Part shown: in pieces, positions 1 to 9,157 of the stretch
Layout of the letters: each line of letters opens with the position of its first letter
How positions within the stretch are numbered: the stretch's first letter is position 1
Origin: an uncultured Akkermansia sp.
Lineage (GTDB): Bacteria; Verrucomicrobiota; Verrucomicrobiia; Limisphaerales; UBA9464
DNA: 61,058 bases
NCBI GenBank assembly: GCA_964386625.1
Contig: CAYLTF010000001.1
Coordinates: forward strand, 1-61,058
Direction: 5' to 3'
Made by a program: the position numbers and the translations under genes
Notes under the pieces: generated by a model
The model's input: the letters and a program-made list of their open reading frames with translations, nothing else
What the model was told of the DNA's origin: nothing
Database searches by the model: none

Positions 1-203
1 TGCGACACGCACTGGGTGGTGGCGGCTCGCCGCTTGGCCCCGGCCAGGGCCGGCAGGATGAGCCCGGCCAGGATTGCGATGATGGCGACGACCACCAGGA
101 GCTCGATCAGCGTGAACCCGGCCGAGCTGGATCGCACCGGCCACCGGTGCCGCCCTGGGGAATGGATCGACCGGATGCTCGTGGGGTCGCTGGGGAGTGC
201 CAT
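1..203 (-). CDS. Prepilin-type N-terminal cleavage/methylation domain protein (partial; C-terminus lies beyond the window edge)
   Basis: This ORF is not in the track because it has no stop in the window. My minus-strand translation from ATG at 203 reads [67 protein letters not shown]. The [10 protein letters not shown] motif plus hydrophobic helix is the classic type IV pilin / T2SS pseudopilin N-terminus, which is abundant in PVC bacteria. Confidence 0.75.
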   Translation of the reverse strand, partial: MALPSDPTSIRSIHSPGRHRWPVRSSSAGFTLIELLVVVAIIAILAGLILPALAGAKRRAATTQCVS

Positions 204-231
204 GTCCGGAGATCCAGGGGATTGAGCCGGC

Positions 232-756
232 TCAATGGGCCTGGATTCGAGAGTCATCGTGGCCGTCTTGTCGAAGATCCGGGAATGACGGTCCCGACCG
301 GGATCGACGCAGAAAAACGAGGCTGCCAGCGAGCAGGTAACCCAGGACTCCGAGCAGGAGCCACGAGGCCTGGGAATCCGACAAACCGATCCGCTCGGCC
401 AGGTCGCCCAGGCATTTGCAGGTCGCTGGGGCCCCGATGATCCAAAGGCCGACCCGGTACAGCAGGAAATTGATGCACAGCCACAGCAGCGATCCCCGCT
501 TGATCGACGGAGACACCTTGGAGATCAGCAGGAGCGCCACGCCCATCTCCAGGGCTCCCACGAGGAGCAGGAGTTCACGGTTCTTGAGGACCCAGAAGAT
601 GGGGTCGGACTTGTCGAGGATGCTCTGGGAACCGAAGGCGCTGATGCCTTTGGCCACGGCGGTCAGGGAGAGGATCGCAACAGCCGACTGATGGAAACGG
701 GTTTCCAAGAGGGCGGATCGGTCGTCACGAGACGTCGGAGTCCGAGGGTTCATCAA
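232..756 (-). CDS. Integral membrane protein with about 4 TM segments, possibly MauE/DoxX-like
   Basis: 174-aa ORF with four hydrophobic stretches ([71 protein letters not shown]) and a CKCLG motif. It sits directly upstream of the prepilin-like gene on the same strand. The family assignment is weak. Confidence 0.55.
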   Translation of the reverse strand: MMNPRTPTSRDDRSALLETRFHQSAVAILSLTAVAKGISAFGSQSILDKSDPIFWVLKNRELLLLVGALEMGVALLLISKVSPSIKRGSLLWLCINFLLYRVGLWIIGAPATCKCLGDLAERIGLSDSQASWLLLGVLGYLLAGSLVFLRRSRSGPSFPDLRQDGHDDSRIQAH

Positions 757-890
757 GGGCGTATCGGCATGATTCCGACGGGACTTGAGAGTTTTTTTGA
801 GGAACTCCTTCGCCGGGGCGGAAATGCGGAGGCTCTTCGGTCCGAGGTTCGGCCTTCCGTCGGGCGCGGCGATGCCTACCCTCCGAGTCC

Positions 891-1193
891 ATGACGCGAC
901 ATTGTCATCATTGTGGATGGCTCTGGACCCTTCGGGATGCTCCGGGCCGCAGCGAGAGTTGCCCCCAATGCCGGGCCGATTTGCGGGTCTGCCTCAACTG
1001 CCGCTTCCATGATCGACAGGCGGCGCACCAGTGCCGGGAACGCCGGGCGGAACCCGTGGCCGAGAAGGATTCGGCGAATTTCTGCGAGTACTTCGACTTC
1101 CAGCTGCGCGAGTGGCAGGGAGCCTCCTCCGGCACCGGCTCCCGCGAAGATCAGGCCCGGGCCGAATTGAAGCGGTTGCTGGGTGGGGATTGA
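891..1193 (+). CDS. Small Cys/His-rich (zinc-ribbon-like) protein of unknown function
   Basis: 100 aa with motifs HCHHCGW, CPQC, CLNC, HQC and FCEYF. Third-position GC bias is good. It is convergent with the FtsX permease gene. Confidence 0.6.
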   Translation: MTRHCHHCGWLWTLRDAPGRSESCPQCRADLRVCLNCRFHDRQAAHQCRERRAEPVAEKDSANFCEYFDFQLREWQGASSGTGSREDQARAELKRLLGGD

Positions 1194-1202
1194 CTTCGAG
1201 GC

Positions 1203-4200
1203 CTATTCGCCGCGCAGCGCGGCCAGGAGTTCGCCTCGGCAGGCCTGTCGGGTGGCCATCCAGGTCCAGAGGAGTCCGTTCATGAAGACGGCCCCCAGGA
1301 TCCCTGCCAGCGAGGCCCAGGGCAGTTGTCGGGCGTCGGTGGTCCAGACCGGGGCCGCCGCCAGGGACGAGGCCAGCACGCCCAGCAGGAGTCCCCGCGT
1401 CAGCAGCCGCAGGTGCTCGGACAGGATCATGGATCGGATCCGGGCCTTGGAGAATCCGACGGCGGCCAGCAGGGCCAGTTCACCCCGCCGCTCCAGGACG
1501 TTCCGCTGCACGACCAACCCCAGCCCCACGCTGCCGAGCAGCAGGCCGAGACCACCCAGCCATTGGAAGGTGTTGAGATAGGTGTTCTGGACGGCGTTGA
1601 AACGGTTCAAGCGGTCCTCGGTGGTCGTGGTCTCGAGGCCGAGATCGCCCATGCTCCGGGTCAGGGCCTCCGCGACGGGCCGGGAGGGTCCCTCGGTGTC
1701 GATGAGGAAGGCCCGGTAGCCGTTCTCACCCGGGAAACGTCGAATGAATTCCGCCTCGGAGATCAACAACTGCCCCTGGAGGATCGAGTTCGCCACGGCC
1801 CCGACCAGTCGGACCCGGAACGGGCGGCCGCGTTCGTCGACGTAGTCGAGCGTGTCGCCGATCTTCTTGCCGAGCGCCCACTGGATGGAGTTGGCATCGC
1901 CGATGGCCGGGATCGGCTCGTCGTCCGAGGCCTTCGAGACGAGCCCCATCCAGGGATGATCCTCGGGGACGCCTGCCGCCCGCGACTGGAAGGTGAAGGC
2001 CTTGCGGGCGTCCAGGAGTTCCGGGCGGACTCCGAGCAGGCGGGGCCGCTGGGCCCGGTTGAGGTTGAGGCAACTGGCGTCGTCCCCCTCGCGGACTCGC
2101 ATCGGCACCACCGACATGCCTCTCAAGACCTGCGGGTCCAGCCCCAGTCGTTCCTGGCCTCGCGGGGTGTCGAGGTCCTCGATCACCGGCATCGAGGACA
2201 CCGCCCAGAGACTGAAACCACCGGTGCCCGACCCGCGGTTTCGGGCATCGCGCGAAGCGTCGAGACGGTTGGCCGCCACGGCCACGATCAGGAACACCGC
2301 CACTGCCAGCAGGCTGATGACGGCGGCCGAGCGGTTGGGTTGGCGGGCCGGAGCCCGGGAGTGGAGCTCGGATCGCGTGGCGGCCACCGACCCGGTCCCG
2401 GATCGCCGGAGGCGCCGCCGTTGGAACAGCAGGGCTGCCGTCAGCAACAGGGCCCCGGCTCCGAAACAATGGCCCGGGCGCACGGCCGCGTCGGCCTTCC
2501 AGGCGAGGAAGGTCAGGGCCGCCGACCCCGACAGGGCCGACATCGGCCAGAATGCCGAGATCGACCGCCCCAGGCCGGCGCCCACGGCGGCTCCGTCGTG
2601 GAGAAGTTCGCGGGGACTGCGCCGCACGAGTTGCCGCAGGGCCCGCCGTTGGGTCCAGCCGACCATCAGCACGGCGGCCAGCCAGCCCCCGGCCATCGAG
2701 GCGGGAGCCGGATGGAACTCCAGGGAGGCTCCGGCCACGGCGTCTTTCCAGAGGGTGTTCAGCCCCATCAGGACCGCCTGCCCGTAGAGGACTCCGCCGC
2801 CGATCCCGACCGAGGCGCCGAGGACCGCGAGCACGAGTCCCTCCCGGAACAACAGCCCCGAGGTCGCCTTCGGGGTCCAGCCGAGGGCCAGCAGCGTGCC
2901 GACCTCGTGGACCCGCCGTTCGATGCCGAAGCGGAAGACCAGGTTCAAGAGAAGCAGCGCCGACACGATGAGAAAGAAGCTGAACCCGAGGAACAGCCCC
3001 CCGAAGTCCTGCCCGCCCCGGGCCGCGGCCAGCGCCGATGCGGTGAGGGGTTGGAACCGCAGTCCCAGTTCGGCCGGTGGAATCCCTCGCTCCAATCCCT
3101 GGGTGATTCCGCGGGCGAGGGTGGAGGCGTCCCAGAACTCCCCGGTGAACCAGCGGACGCCGGTGGCGTCCCCGAATCGATTGGCCCACATCCGCCGGCC
3201 GGCCGACAGGGTGATGAAGGCCTTGGGGGTGCCTCGCCATCGCTTCCAGTAGGCCTCGTCCTTGTCGCGGATCTGCCGGCTCAATTCGAAGCCTGCATCC
3301 CAGTCCTGGGTGCTCTCGGCCTTGGACAGGCCGGGAAACTCGGGCATCAGGGAACGGTCGGCATGGAGACCTTGCATGGGGACGATGGCTCGCACGCGGA
3401 ACCGGTGGGTCTCCTCCACCAGGCGGGCCCCCGTGTCCACCCGGTACGACAGCACCGACACCAGATCCCCGGGCCGCGCGGAAAGGTCTTCGGCCAGCCA
3501 GGAGTTGAGCAGGATCTCGTCATCGGCCATGCCTTCGGGTGTGAAGGGTGGACCGGCCGCCGTGACCATCGAGTACGGGGTCGATCCGGATCCGGATTCG
3601 ATGGCGTTGGCCAGGTAGGTCAGCACCGGTACCGGCCTGGGGAGCCCGGCAGGCAGGCGGTCCAGCGCCCGGGTGACCACCGGATCGAGGAAGATCCGCC
3701 GACTGACCAGTTCGACCTGCGTGGGAGGGGCCTCGGCGACCCCGGCCGCGGGTGGAGCGGACCGGGCCGGCCGGACCTCGAGTTCGGCATCGGCCAGGCC
3801 GAATCCCTTCTCGACCATCGAGGACAAGCGCTCCGCGGTGAGGGGCGTGCCCGAGGGGCCCAGCAGGGCGAGGTTGGCCCGATCCACCAATCCGGCCGCC
3901 TTGGCCAGGGTGGCATGGGGGATGAAGAGGTTGAACGGCGGCAGCGAGCCGGCCTCGGGCGAGAAATCGCCCCACTCGTCGGCCCTGAGAATGCGAGACA
4001 CCCGGACCCGCAGGGCGGTGCTTGATCCGTCCCGGGGCGAGATGACGGCATCCTGGGACAGCGCCGAGGGCTTGTGGATGCGCAGCACCAGTCCGTCACC
4101 GACGCCGACCGACAATTGCCGGGCCAAGGCTTGGTTCACGGCCACTGCGTCGTCTCCGACTCCGTCCAGGGGAGATGGGCATGGCCGCGGACCGAGGGCC

Positions 4201-4556
4201 CAGAATTCGCGCGGGACGCCGTGCACCCGGACCTGATTGGCCCGGGCGGTGCCATCTTGTCGCGAAACCACGCCCGGCAGGCGGAGGGCGAAGGTCGTCA
4301 AGGCGTTGGACAGCCCGGTCCCGGCCGGCCCGCCGTTGCGGGCGGCGAAGAAGCGGTCCCCGGCATCCAGGATGTGTTCTGCCCGGCCGATGCGATCCAT
4401 CGCGCGGCGGCGGAGGGTCTCCCGCACCGAATCCCCGACGGTGAGGGCCCCGATCAGCACCGTGGCGGCCACGGCGGCCGCCAGCACCACGCCGAGGTGA
4501 TGACGCGCGTGGAAGGCCAGGCTGCGTCGCCGCAGGAGGGCAGGGGTGATCTTCAT
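1203..4556 (-). CDS. Duplicated FtsX-family ABC transporter permease (MacB/YbbP-like), with no adjacent ATPase gene
   Basis: 1117 aa. It has an N-terminal TM helix, a large periplasmic domain and a TM bundle, and then repeats that arrangement. The C-terminus (LELALLAAVGFSKARIRSMILSEHLRLL...) is typical of FtsX domains. No Walker-motif ORF lies on either side. Confidence 0.85.
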   Translation of the reverse strand: MKITPALLRRRSLAFHARHHLGVVLAAAVAATVLIGALTVGDSVRETLRRRAMDRIGRAEHILDAGDRFFAARNGGPAGTGLSNALTTFALRLPGVVSRQDGTARANQVRVHGVPREFWALGPRPCPSPLDGVGDDAVAVNQALARQLSVGVGDGLVLRIHKPSALSQDAVISPRDGSSTALRVRVSRILRADEWGDFSPEAGSLPPFNLFIPHATLAKAAGLVDRANLALLGPSGTPLTAERLSSMVEKGFGLADAELEVRPARSAPPAAGVAEAPPTQVELVSRRIFLDPVVTRALDRLPAGLPRPVPVLTYLANAIESGSGSTPYSMVTAAGPPFTPEGMADDEILLNSWLAEDLSARPGDLVSVLSYRVDTGARLVEETHRFRVRAIVPMQGLHADRSLMPEFPGLSKAESTQDWDAGFELSRQIRDKDEAYWKRWRGTPKAFITLSAGRRMWANRFGDATGVRWFTGEFWDASTLARGITQGLERGIPPAELGLRFQPLTASALAAARGGQDFGGLFLGFSFFLIVSALLLLNLVFRFGIERRVHEVGTLLALGWTPKATSGLLFREGLVLAVLGASVGIGGGVLYGQAVLMGLNTLWKDAVAGASLEFHPAPASMAGGWLAAVLMVGWTQRRALRQLVRRSPRELLHDGAAVGAGLGRSISAFWPMSALSGSAALTFLAWKADAAVRPGHCFGAGALLLTAALLFQRRRLRRSGTGSVAATRSELHSRAPARQPNRSAAVISLLAVAVFLIVAVAANRLDASRDARNRGSGTGGFSLWAVSSMPVIEDLDTPRGQERLGLDPQVLRGMSVVPMRVREGDDASCLNLNRAQRPRLLGVRPELLDARKAFTFQSRAAGVPEDHPWMGLVSKASDDEPIPAIGDANSIQWALGKKIGDTLDYVDERGRPFRVRLVGAVANSILQGQLLISEAEFIRRFPGENGYRAFLIDTEGPSRPVAEALTRSMGDLGLETTTTEDRLNRFNAVQNTYLNTFQWLGGLGLLLGSVGLGLVVQRNVLERRGELALLAAVGFSKARIRSMILSEHLRLLTRGLLLGVLASSLAAAPVWTTDARQLPWASLAGILGAVFMNGLLWTWMATRQACRGELLAALRGE

Positions 4557-4872
4557 GGTTCAGGAGCCCCTGGGGGGCGGCGTCACTAAAGCGGCGAATG
4601 CCGATCCCGGCAATGGCCGTCGCGGGGTGCTCCGGAGGCCTCCATGGCGCCGCGTCCGGTCGGGACCCGGTGCGGTCGCATGACTTGGGCATTTTGACCC
4701 GACCTGACGGTGGGGGCACCGGAACTTCCGTTCCCATGGGGCGGATCCCGGGTTTTCCGAAGCGGCGCGATTGCAGCATGGAGGAAAAATGTGGAAACTA
4801 GTTGCATTGGTTTTGCACTCCGGTTCGTCATCATCGCCGGGACGACGCAAAACGAACGACCGCAACGACCTC

Positions 4873-5595
4873 ATGATCATCTCACTCGGGATTCTCGCCT
4901 CCTCCCAGGGCGGCACCGACCTCGGCTTCATCTGGAACAAGGCCACCCCCGAGGCCAAGGTGATCATCGTCATCCTCGGCATCTTCTCCATCGTGGCCTG
5001 GTCCCTGATGATCCAGAAGTTCTTCCAGATGCGGCGGGCCACCAAGTACAACGGGTTTTTCGAGGCCGAATTCCGCCAGCAAGAGGGCGTCCTGGGCATC
5101 TATGATCGTCGCCTGCCGGTCGAGGGGTGCCCGCTGTTCTCCGTGTACACCGACGGATGCACCGACCTGGATGCCCGGTTGAAGCTGCCCGACGGCTCCC
5201 GTCGCACCCGCCTTTCGATCAAGAGCATCGAACACGTCAAGCGCCAGGTCGAAGGTGCGGTGGCCCGTGAGTCGCTTCGACTGGAGTCGGGCTTGATCCT
5301 CCTGGCGATCGCCGTCAGTGGAGGTCCCTTCATGGGCCTGCTGGGCACGGTCTGGGGCGTCATGGACACCTTCGGCGGCATCGCCAAGGCCGGTCGTGCC
5401 GACCTGACGGCCATGGCCCCCGGCGTTTCGGCCGCGTTGGTCACCACCGTCGCCGGTCTGCTCGTCGCCATCCCCTCCATGTTCGGCTACAACTACCTGG
5501 TGCACACGCTGCGGGTGCTGACCGTCGAGTTGGACAATTTCGCCCAGACCCTGGCGTCGAAGATGGAGACCGAGTTCCTGCCCGATGATGAGTGA
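4873..5595 (+). CDS. tolQ: MotA/TolQ/ExbB proton-channel protein (TolQ by context)
   Basis: Contains GLLGTVWGVMDTFGGIA and ALVTTVAGLLVAIPSMFGYNYL, the signature C-terminal TM helices of the TolQ/ExbB family. Start set at ATG 4873 (MIISLG...) rather than the track start 4771. Confidence 0.85.
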   Translation: MIISLGILASSQGGTDLGFIWNKATPEAKVIIVILGIFSIVAWSLMIQKFFQMRRATKYNGFFEAEFRQQEGVLGIYDRRLPVEGCPLFSVYTDGCTDLDARLKLPDGSRRTRLSIKSIEHVKRQVEGAVARESLRLESGLILLAIAVSGGPFMGLLGTVWGVMDTFGGIAKAGRADLTAMAPGVSAALVTTVAGLLVAIPSMFGYNYLVHTLRVLTVELDNFAQTLASKMETEFLPDDE

Positions 5596-6445
5596 CCGGG
5601 ATTCCCAATCGTCTGCGACCCGGACGGAGGAGACCCCGCAGTCCGCGCGGGGAGTCCTGTGCCCGGATTGCGACCGGTTGAACCCCATCGACCGCGACAC
5701 CTGCAACTATTGCTCGAAGCCTCTGTTCGTCGATTGTCCGTCCTGCGCGGCGACCAACGAACGGGTGCTGACGCTGTGCCGCCGCTGTGGTGGGGCCTTG
5801 GAGAAGGGGTTCCTCTCGGGCCTCCTGGGATCTCGCCCGGCCCCGGAGGTCGCCCCGGCCCCGCGCCGACAGGAGCCCTCGGGACCCATGGGGAAGGGAA
5901 CCCTCTGCTGCAAATGCGAGCGCCTGAACCCATCCGACCTCGAGCGTTGCGAGCGTTGCGGCGAGGCTCTGCATGTCGATTGCCGGCAATGCGGGAAGCG
6001 CAATCCGCGGGTGTTGATGCATTGCACCTCCTGTCGCGGGCGGTTGCATCGCGGCTCGCATCACCATTCCCACCACGGTGCAAGCCATGGCAATCCTGGC
6101 CACTCCCACACCCCCGACCCGGGGCATTCCCCGGTTCCGGCCTCCACCGGTCCCACGGTGTGCGCCAAGTGCACGCATCCGAATCCTCCGGGGCTGCAAC
6201 GGTGTGAGCAGTGTCGCGGACATCTGTTCATCGTGTGCCGCGATTGCGGCTCGACCAACGCCCGTACCGAGCCGCGTTGCTCGAAATGCAACCGGAGACT
6301 GCACCGGTCCATCAACGAGCGGTTGGATCCGCTGGGGGCCAAGGCTGTTTCCATGAAGTGGGTCTATGCGATGGGGGCGGTCCTCCTGCTGGCCCTGGCC
6401 TGGTTCGTCCTGGTCCAATTCTCCGGCCTCCGGATCTTCGAATAA
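5585..6445 (+). CDS. Membrane-anchored protein with three double zinc ribbons (six CxxC...CxxC sites), a His-rich linker and a C-terminal TM helix
   Basis: Three units each contain four CxxC pairs: CPDC/CNYC/CPSC/CRRC, CKC/CERC/CRQC/CTSC and CAKC/CEQC/CRDC/CSKC. There is an HRGSHHHSHHGASHGNPGHSH linker and a C-terminal VYAMGAVLLLALAWFVLVQF helix. Third-position GC bias is strong. The start overlaps the tolQ stop by 11 nt and the stop is 2 nt before the tolR ATG. Confidence 0.75.
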   Translation: MMSDRDSQSSATRTEETPQSARGVLCPDCDRLNPIDRDTCNYCSKPLFVDCPSCAATNERVLTLCRRCGGALEKGFLSGLLGSRPAPEVAPAPRRQEPSGPMGKGTLCCKCERLNPSDLERCERCGEALHVDCRQCGKRNPRVLMHCTSCRGRLHRGSHHHSHHGASHGNPGHSHTPDPGHSPVPASTGPTVCAKCTHPNPPGLQRCEQCRGHLFIVCRDCGSTNARTEPRCSKCNRRLHRSINERLDPLGAKAVSMKWVYAMGAVLLLALAWFVLVQFSGLRIFE

Positions 6446-6447
6446 CC

Positions 6448-6876
6448 ATGCGCCGCTTTTCCCAACGCAATTCGTTGGTCACGCTCAACGAGATCAACGT
6501 CACCCCATTGCTGGACCTGGCGTTCGTGCTGCTGATCATCTTCATCATCACCACGCCGGCGCTGGAGCCCGGCATCAGCATGAAGCTGCCCGTCGGTGGC
6601 GACGCCCGGACCCGCCCCGACACCAACAACGAGGCGACCATCAGTGGATTGGCCGAAGGGCGGTACACCTTCTCGCGGACCGGTTCCCGGGTCTTGAGCG
6701 AGCGGGAGCTGGAGACCGAGTTGTTGAAGGCCTACCGCCAGAATCCGAACCTGGTGCTGGTGCTGCGGGTCGAGGGTTCCGCGCCGTCTCAGGTGCTGGT
6801 CAGCCTCCTCGACATCGCGGGTCGCAACGGCCTCACCCGTTATCGCATCGGAACCCAGCTTCCCAAACGGCGATGA
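6448..6876 (+). CDS. tolR: ExbD/TolR biopolymer transport protein
   Basis: EINVTPLLDLAFVLLIIFIITTP is the N-terminal TM with the conserved Asp, followed by a periplasmic domain (LVLVLRVEGSAPSQVLVSLLDIAGRNGL). Start at internal ATG 6448 of track ORF 6211..6876. Confidence 0.85.
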   Translation: MRRFSQRNSLVTLNEINVTPLLDLAFVLLIIFIITTPALEPGISMKLPVGGDARTRPDTNNEATISGLAEGRYTFSRTGSRVLSERELETELLKAYRQNPNLVLVLRVEGSAPSQVLVSLLDIAGRNGLTRYRIGTQLPKRR

Positions 6877-7859
6877 TCTCCTCGAATTCCAGATATCTTC
6901 TGACCTCCGTGGGCATCCATGCCGCGGCGGTGGGGTTGCTGGTCTTCGCGCCCGCCTTGTCGTCGCGCACCGTCCAGGATGCGCCCAGTCCGATCCTGGA
7001 GATCATTCCTGACAACCTCCGGTTGACCGACGGCAATACCATCGGCGGTGGCAATCCCGAGGCGCGTCCGCCGAAGGGCGGTCCGCAGCAATCCAGCCCG
7101 CAGCCCCCTCCGCCCCAACCCGAGCCGCCCAAGCCGGAGCCTCCAAAGACGGAGCCTCCCAAAACCGAGCCCCAGACGCCGCCCAAGGCCGAGCTGGTGC
7201 AGCCTCCCAAGAAGAGCCTCGCCACCGAGATCCAACGCAGCAGCCCCAACGTGCCCAAGGCCCAGGACGTGGATCCCGCCCTCTCGACCAAGAAGCAGAA
7301 ATCCTCCAAGGCCGACTTCCAATTGGCCGAGGCGCCCAAGAAGCGCTCCAAGAAGGACATCGAGGCCGATCGCAAGGAGGCCGCCGCCGCCGAGGCCGCC
7401 GAGGAGGCGCGCGAAGCCCGCGAACATCAGGCCCGGGTCGCCGCGGCGCGGGAGGCCTGGAACCGGGCGCAGCAAGCCCGGGCCGATGCGGTGCGGGGGG
7501 CTGCTTCGAGTCTCGGCAAGAACCTCTCGGGTTCCACCTCCTTCGAGATGCCCGGTCCCGGCGGGGCCGCCTATGCGCCCTACGGGTCCTACCTGATGGC
7601 CTTCTACAAATTGCGGTGGAAGAAGCCCACGACGCTCAGTGTCGATCATGGCGTGGTCGAGGCCGAGATCACCGTCCAGCGCAACGGCCGTGTCTCGGCG
7701 TTCCGCCTGGTGAATCCCTCCGGGATCCGGGCCTTGGACGACTCGGTCCGCGAAGTGCTCGACCGCAACCGAGACCTCCGGCCCCTGCCCGAGGGCACGA
7801 CCGATCCGGAGCGTCGGATCACCATCCGCTTCGACCTCTCGGCCGCCTCTCCGACCTGA
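6873..7859 (+). CDS. TolA/TonB-family energy transducer (TolA position)
   Basis: N-terminal TM helix (LLTSVGIHAAAVGLLVF), Pro-rich PEPPK-type linker, Lys/Ala/Glu-rich helix, and a TonB_C-like C-terminal domain (VEAEITVQRNGRVSAFRLVNPSGIRALDDSV). Its ATG overlaps the tolR TGA (ATGA). Confidence 0.75.
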   Translation: MISSNSRYLLTSVGIHAAAVGLLVFAPALSSRTVQDAPSPILEIIPDNLRLTDGNTIGGGNPEARPPKGGPQQSSPQPPPPQPEPPKPEPPKTEPPKTEPQTPPKAELVQPPKKSLATEIQRSSPNVPKAQDVDPALSTKKQKSSKADFQLAEAPKKRSKKDIEADRKEAAAAEAAEEAREAREHQARVAAAREAWNRAQQARADAVRGAASSLGKNLSGSTSFEMPGPGGAAYAPYGSYLMAFYKLRWKKPTTLSVDHGVVEAEITVQRNGRVSAFRLVNPSGIRALDDSVREVLDRNRDLRPLPEGTTDPERRITIRFDLSAASPT

Positions 7860-7927
7860 GCCCAAATCCGTCCACCGGATCCCCTCCAACAAGTCTTACG
7901 ATCCCAATCCAAAGCCCCCTTTTCGAT

Positions 7928-9085
7928 ATGCTCCGTCACCGATTCCTCACCCTCGCTCTGGCCCTGGGGATTTCCCTGGGCGCCTCCGCCGCCGAAGTGG
8001 TCGTCAGCGACGTCACCAGCCGCGCCGTTCCCATCCACGTCACAGGTTTTTCCGGGGACGCCAAGACGGTCCTCGAATTCGACCTCTACGTCGCCGGCTT
8101 CGACCTCGTGGCCCCGGGGCAGGCTCAATATTCGCTCAATGGCAAGGCCGCCGCCGCCCTGGAAGGGGTGCTGTCGGATGTCAACAACAAGGCCACCCTT
8201 TTCAATCGGTCCTATCCGGGCGGTTCGGCCCGGGCTCAGGCGCATGCCTTGGCCGACGATGTGGTGCAGGCCATCACCGGCCGCAAAGGCATCTCGAGGA
8301 CCAAACTGGTCTTCAAGGTGCAGAAAGAACGCGTCAGCGAGGTCTACGCCAGTGACTTCGACGGGGCCAATCCGGTCCAGTTGACCGCCGACGGCAACAT
8401 CGTGGCGGCTCCCGCCTGGCGGCCCGGTCGCAAGTCCATCGTGTACACGAGCTACCGAGCCGGGAATGCCGACATCTATTCCCAGGACCTGACCACCGGC
8501 GGTCGCAAGGCGCTGGTGCGCTTCTCCGGCTCCAACATCAGCCCGGCGCCTTCGCCCGACGGTTCCAAGCTGGCCATGATCCTCAGCAAGGCCGGCAGTC
8601 CGGATCTCTGGGTGGGCGATGCCGAGGGGGGGAGCCCCCGCCGGTTGACGACCACCGCGGCCGACGAGTCGTCGCCCTGCTGGTCTCCCGATGGATCCAC
8701 CCTGTGCGTGGTGTCCCGCGAGAGTGGATTCCCGCAGTTGTACACGATTCCCGCCGCGGGGGGCACGATGCGCCGCCTCACCACCGCCGGGGTGCGCAAC
8801 ACGACCGAGCCCGATTGGTCTCCGGACGGCAAGTGGATCGCCTTCACCCGTTCCCGGGGCGATTATTTCGACATCTGCATCGTTCCCGCAGCCGGCGGGG
8901 ATGCGAAAGTGATCACGGAAGGAGAGGATCCCTCCTGGGCCCCGAACTCGCGCACCTTGGTTTTTGCGCGTCGGACCAGCAAGTTCGGCCCTCGCAAACT
9001 GTCGCTGCTTGACTGGCCGACGGGCCACGTCAAGGATATCGCGCAAGTCGCGGGCAGCAGCTCTCAGCCTAGCTGGAGTCGTTGA
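7928..9085 (+). CDS. tolB: Tol-Pal system beta-propeller protein TolB
   Basis: Signal peptide MLRHRFLTLALALGISLGASAA. Repeated PAWRPGRKSIVY / PAPSPDGSKLAM / PCWSPDGSTL / PDWSPDGKWIAF propeller blades. Start at internal ATG 7928. Confidence 0.9.
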   Translation: MLRHRFLTLALALGISLGASAAEVVVSDVTSRAVPIHVTGFSGDAKTVLEFDLYVAGFDLVAPGQAQYSLNGKAAAALEGVLSDVNNKATLFNRSYPGGSARAQAHALADDVVQAITGRKGISRTKLVFKVQKERVSEVYASDFDGANPVQLTADGNIVAAPAWRPGRKSIVYTSYRAGNADIYSQDLTTGGRKALVRFSGSNISPAPSPDGSKLAMILSKAGSPDLWVGDAEGGSPRRLTTTAADESSPCWSPDGSTLCVVSRESGFPQLYTIPAAGGTMRRLTTAGVRNTTEPDWSPDGKWIAFTRSRGDYFDICIVPAAGGDAKVITEGEDPSWAPNSRTLVFARRTSKFGPRKLSLLDWPTGHVKDIAQVAGSSSQPSWSR

Positions 9086-9157
9086 TCCTCCACCCACCGA
9101 TCCCTTTCAGAGTCCCAGATTCCAGTTTTTCAGCCCCAGCCTTTTTCCAATACGCCA

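Noticed and set aside
4557-4872. Possible missing ABC ATPase gene or sigma54-type promoter in the permease/tolQ divergent region. The 179-aa minus ORF 4560..5099 and TTGCA...TTGCA strings were considered.
   Set aside because: The minus ORF is antisense to tolQ, has no Walker motifs and has poor composition. The GG/GC spacing does not fit the -24/-12 consensus.
7081-7200. Repetitive DNA encoding PQPEPPKPEPPKTEPPKTEPQTPPK, which could look like a short tandem repeat array.
   Set aside because: It is in frame within the TolA/TonB-like gene. It encodes the proline-rich periplasm-spanning linker typical of that family, and it is not an independent repeat element or a CRISPR array.
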